Source: an uncultured Bacillota bacterium
GTDB lineage: Bacteria; Bacillota_I; Bacilli_A; RF39; UBA660
Direction: 5' to 3'
Assembly (NCBI GenBank): GCA_946611635.1
Contig: CAMODW010000002.1
Location: forward strand, 2,726 to 66,725
Length of the DNA: 64,000 bases
Shown piece by piece: positions 61,170 to 64,000 of the stretch. Positions within the stretch are counted from its first letter, which is position 1; every line of letters begins with the position of its first letter. The position numbers and the translations under genes are program-made. The notes beneath the pieces are model-generated. The model ran no database searches and was not told where the DNA came from. It saw nothing but the letters and a program-made list of their open reading frames with translations.

Positions 61170-62639
61170 CTATATGTTGTTTGCAATATATATAATACAA
61201 ATACTTATTATTGTTAGAATAAGAGTAAAGCTAAACATCATTATATGTTTTTTTCTTTCAGAATATAATGTTCCTACAAATTCTCTTATAAAGGCATTAA
61301 TCCAAAAATATGATTTTGTTTTGCTTCCTATGCCCTCTATTTTTAAGTTTAGGGATGTAGCAATTAAGCCAGCTCTAAGGACATGATAATTCGTTGTAGA
61401 AAAGCAAATTTTTGCATTTTTATCTTTTATTAGATTTGTAGAAAACTTAAGATTTTCGAATGTGTTTTTAGATTTGTTTTCTACTATTATATTATTCTCT
61501 TTTATACCCTTTTCTAACAAATATTTTTTTATAGCTTCTGATTCGGATATTACTTCGTCGTTTCCTTTACCGCCAGATGGAATGAATTTTAAATCTTTTT
61601 TGCTCTTGGCCAGTTGGATTCTTCTAAAATTTAATGCTCTATCTACTCTACCTTGTAGTAAAGGCGTTAATGATCCGTCTTTCCTTATTTGCGATCCAAG
61701 TATAATTATATAATCTTTGTTATATTTTGGCTCGTTTTTAGCTGATTTTATTCCCATTATCATTGTTCCTATCAGAACACATTCTAGATATGCTATTCCC
61801 ATATATATAAATGTTTCTACAAAGGCATATATGTAGGGACCTGGTGCATTTAGATTACTAATATCTACTAAATTTGAAGTGAATAAAACTTTATATAGAA
61901 AATCTGGAAATAGCGTTGCTAGGCAAATGAAGATGCCTAAAAATAAACCTAATAAATTTTTAGGAGAAATCCCTTCTTTTTTTATTAATACTAAGTTACT
62001 TATTGTTACTAGGATAAATGTAATAAAAGCGATTGGGAAAAGAAAAAATGAAAGTACTGATGCTGAATATATTACGGCTCTTATTGTTGCATATAATCCT
62101 TGATAATTGAATATTGAAATAAATGTATTTAAGGCAAAAAATGATAGGAATACTATTATACCTATATATGCTATATTTTTGTATTGATAAATATTTTCTT
62201 TGCTTTCTTTTTTATATTTTTTAAATAATATAGATATTACATAAATCAATAATACTAAGGAAGATAAGGCTATTATTTCGGAACCGGTACATTTACCAAA
62301 AAAATTGTTATCTGTTATTATCATAGATTTATGAACGTAAAGTATTTTACTTTCTTTGAATTCACCATAATCCATTATTATAAATGTTTTTCCGGGTTTC
62401 TTACTTCTAACTTTAACGTAATAGTTATCATCGTCTTTTTTTTCTTTGATGATTTCTACCTCACCATCTTCGGTATTTTGTTTTAATTTAAGTTTCGTAT
62501 AATTCTTACTTAAACTAAATGTAACAGTGTATGTTTTGCCAAGTAATAGAATTGTAAGGTTTGATATAATAACTAAGATAATAATTAGTAATATTAGTTT
62601 TTTTATTGCTTTTTTCATATTGCTCTCCTTTATTCTCAT
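61170..62639 (-). CDS. membrane protein with C-terminal DUF218 (YdcF/SanA/ElyC-like) domain
   Basis: Several TM segments followed by IIILGSQIRKDGSLTPLLQGRVDRA...IPSGGKG, the DUF218 signature. Confidence 0.6.
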   Translation of the reverse strand: MRIKESNMKKAIKKLILLIIILVIISNLTILLLGKTYTVTFSLSKNYTKLKLKQNTEDGEVEIIKEKKDDDNYYVKVRSKKPGKTFIIMDYGEFKESKILYVHKSMIITDNNFFGKCTGSEIIALSSLVLLIYVISILFKKYKKESKENIYQYKNIAYIGIIVFLSFFALNTFISIFNYQGLYATIRAVIYSASVLSFFLFPIAFITFILVTISNLVLIKKEGISPKNLLGLFLGIFICLATLFPDFLYKVLFTSNLVDISNLNAPGPYIYAFVETFIYMGIAYLECVLIGTMIMGIKSAKNEPKYNKDYIIILGSQIRKDGSLTPLLQGRVDRALNFRRIQLAKSKKDLKFIPSGGKGNDEVISESEAIKKYLLEKGIKENNIIVENKSKNTFENLKFSTNLIKDKNAKICFSTTNYHVLRAGLIATSLNLKIEGIGSKTKSYFWINAFIREFVGTLYSERKKHIMMFSFTLILTIISICIIYIANNI

Positions 62640-62816
62640 TATAACATAAGTATTTTTATGATTTGTAATAAATATTTATTTATGTAAAAAAAGAAAAGAT
62701 TTTCTCTTTTCTATATTTTTTTGAATTTTTGTTTTGCTTTAGAAACGTAATAACTAATTATTCCGATTATTGAAGCTATTATTATAATTATTGATATAAA
62801 GCTTCCGGTACTATTT

Positions 62817-63203
62817 TTAATTATTAAACCTTAATAAATAGCCGTCTGGATCTTGTATTAAGAATTCTTTATCATATGATATTGTATTATTTACTCTATA
62901 TTCATGTGTTTCTAAATCAAGAAATAATTTTATGTTTTTATCTTTTATTTTCTTATATAGTCCTTCTATGTCTTTGATAGTCATGCTTATATTTATTCCT
63001 CGCCCATATGGATATACCATGGGTCCTGTTTCCCAATTACCATTATTTTCTTCTATCATAATTTGGTTTTCTTCTAATTGAAGAAAGACAAATTTATTTT
63101 CTTTTCTTTCATACATTATTTTAAAACCTAGACTTAAATAAAATTTTTTACTTCTTTCTATATTAGATACACTTAATTCCGGTATAAGACTATTAAATTT
63201 CAT
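62817..63203 (-). CDS. glyoxalase/bleomycin-resistance (VOC) family protein
   Basis: IPELSVSNIERSKKFYLSLGF is a VOC N-terminal motif. 128 aa. Confidence 0.65.
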   Translation of the reverse strand: MKFNSLIPELSVSNIERSKKFYLSLGFKIMYERKENKFVFLQLEENQIMIEENNGNWETGPMVYPYGRGINISMTIKDIEGLYKKIKDKNIKLFLDLETHEYRVNNTISYDKEFLIQDPDGYLLRFNN

Positions 63204-63300
63204 TTATATCACTCCGTCATTATTATAGCATGAATTTTTTTATTATATGTTTAACAATTTATATTATTTTTTGTTATAATAATTGATGAGGAGAATTGAT

Positions 63301-64000
63301 ATGGAAGTACATTTTACTAAAGAAGAAATAGATGCAATTAAGTTTTATTTAGGTGATAAGGAAATTGTTAATAAAAATGTTTATCGTGGTGGCGGAAAAG
63401 CTTATCAAACAATTAATGCTTTGCTTAATTATGGCGTTAGAAATGAAATGGATAAAGCTCTTGAAGGAAAAGTTGTTGAAGTTTATGATGTTCAACATTT
63501 AAAAAGTTATCTAGAATTGATTAAGTTAGTTTTTGGAGCTGCTGTTAAATATAGAAATGCTACGAATAGTCCTAATAATACTAGTTATAGAGTTGATAGG
63601 CTTTCGTCATTTCAAGAATTTAAAAGTCATAATGGTGTAATTGAAGGTTTTTTTTCTACTTGTAAAAGTGGCTTATTACCTCAATATGCTAATTCAAAGA
63701 GAGATGTTGTTTTACTTGAGGTTGTTCGAGATGATTTTGTACCTTATTTAGATTTTGAAGATATATTAAAAGGTTTTTATTCAAAACCTGATGAGGCTGA
63801 GATACTAGTTCCATTTGGAACTAGAATACTTGAGACTAAAGAAATTGATCTTACTGATGATGAAAAAAGAATTTATCATGATTCAGAAGGAAAGCCTCCT
63901 AGAGGAAAATGGATTATTTATTTAGGACAAGGACAATATAAAAGTCTTGATCCTGTATGTGAACAACAATATTACGATTATATTACTGATGAACAAGTGG
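63301..64000 (+). CDS. ADP-ribosyltransferase exoenzyme-family (R-S-E class) protein, 5' partial view (runs off window)
   Basis: GAGGAG ribosome-binding site. AIKFYLGD...YQTINALL resembles the N-terminal block of C3/VIP2-type ARTs. The catalytic-Arg context SYRVDRLS, the STS-like FFSTCKS and the ARTT-like EAEILVP (Q/ExE) appear in the canonical order. No stop codon before position 64000. Confidence 0.5.
   Translation, partial: MEVHFTKEEIDAIKFYLGDKEIVNKNVYRGGGKAYQTINALLNYGVRNEMDKALEGKVVEVYDVQHLKSYLELIKLVFGAAVKYRNATNSPNNTSYRVDRLSSFQEFKSHNGVIEGFFSTCKSGLLPQYANSKRDVVLLEVVRDDFVPYLDFEDILKGFYSKPDEAEILVPFGTRILETKEIDLTDDEKRIYHDSEGKPPRGKWIIYLGQGQYKSLDPVCEQQYYDYITDEQV

Overview
The window is 64 kb of very AT-rich (roughly 25-30% GC) low-GC Gram-positive-type chromosome. 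It uses the standard genetic code: hisS ends in TGA at a normal length and TGG encodes Trp throughout. Genes are densely packed on both strands, and there are no rRNA or tRNA genes, no CRISPR array and no transposase.

The first 29 kb is a plus-strand housekeeping block. It runs LMW-PTP, uvrC, queA, tgt, relA/spoT, dtd, then a His T-box leader followed by a CAT-family acetyltransferase, hisS and asnS, then an Asp T-box leader followed by aspS and gatCAB. After these come a UPF0104 membrane protein, a stand-alone HerA/DUF87-like ATPase, tcdA, and on the opposite strand gpsA and rarA, then xerD.

The remaining 35 kb is mostly minus-strand and enriched in lineage-specific or poorly characterised genes:
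- A 560-bp array of degenerate hairpin repeats sits in a 745-bp convergent intergenic gap (30083-30642).
- An XRE-HTH regulator, a two-domain AAA+ ATPase and unknown partners follow (30592-35671).
- mscL is followed by a run of membrane proteins, including an RDD-family protein and a 746-aa protein with a 2-TM hairpin (36050-43011).
- An Smr protein, a PfkB kinase, a 3-hydroxyacyl-CoA dehydrogenase, a TtcA-like PP-loop ATPase and a YitT protein occupy 43790-47837.
- A LysM/GH25 muramidase lipoprotein lies next to an ABC-2 exporter (47920-52076).
- A cluster combines three different HD-family nucleotide hydrolases (YfbR-like, YpgQ-like, YedJ-like), a Pol-beta-type nucleotidyltransferase and a 1164-aa protein built from Clp_N-like helical repeats (52210-59818).
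- PepD, a DUF218 membrane protein and a glyoxalase follow, and an ADP-ribosyltransferase-family ORF runs off the window end.

The best candidates for something undescribed are the HD/NTase/giant-repeat-protein cluster, the HTH/AAA module beside the repeat array, the T-box-controlled CAT homolog, and a promoter-plus-terminator leader RNA upstream of tcdA.
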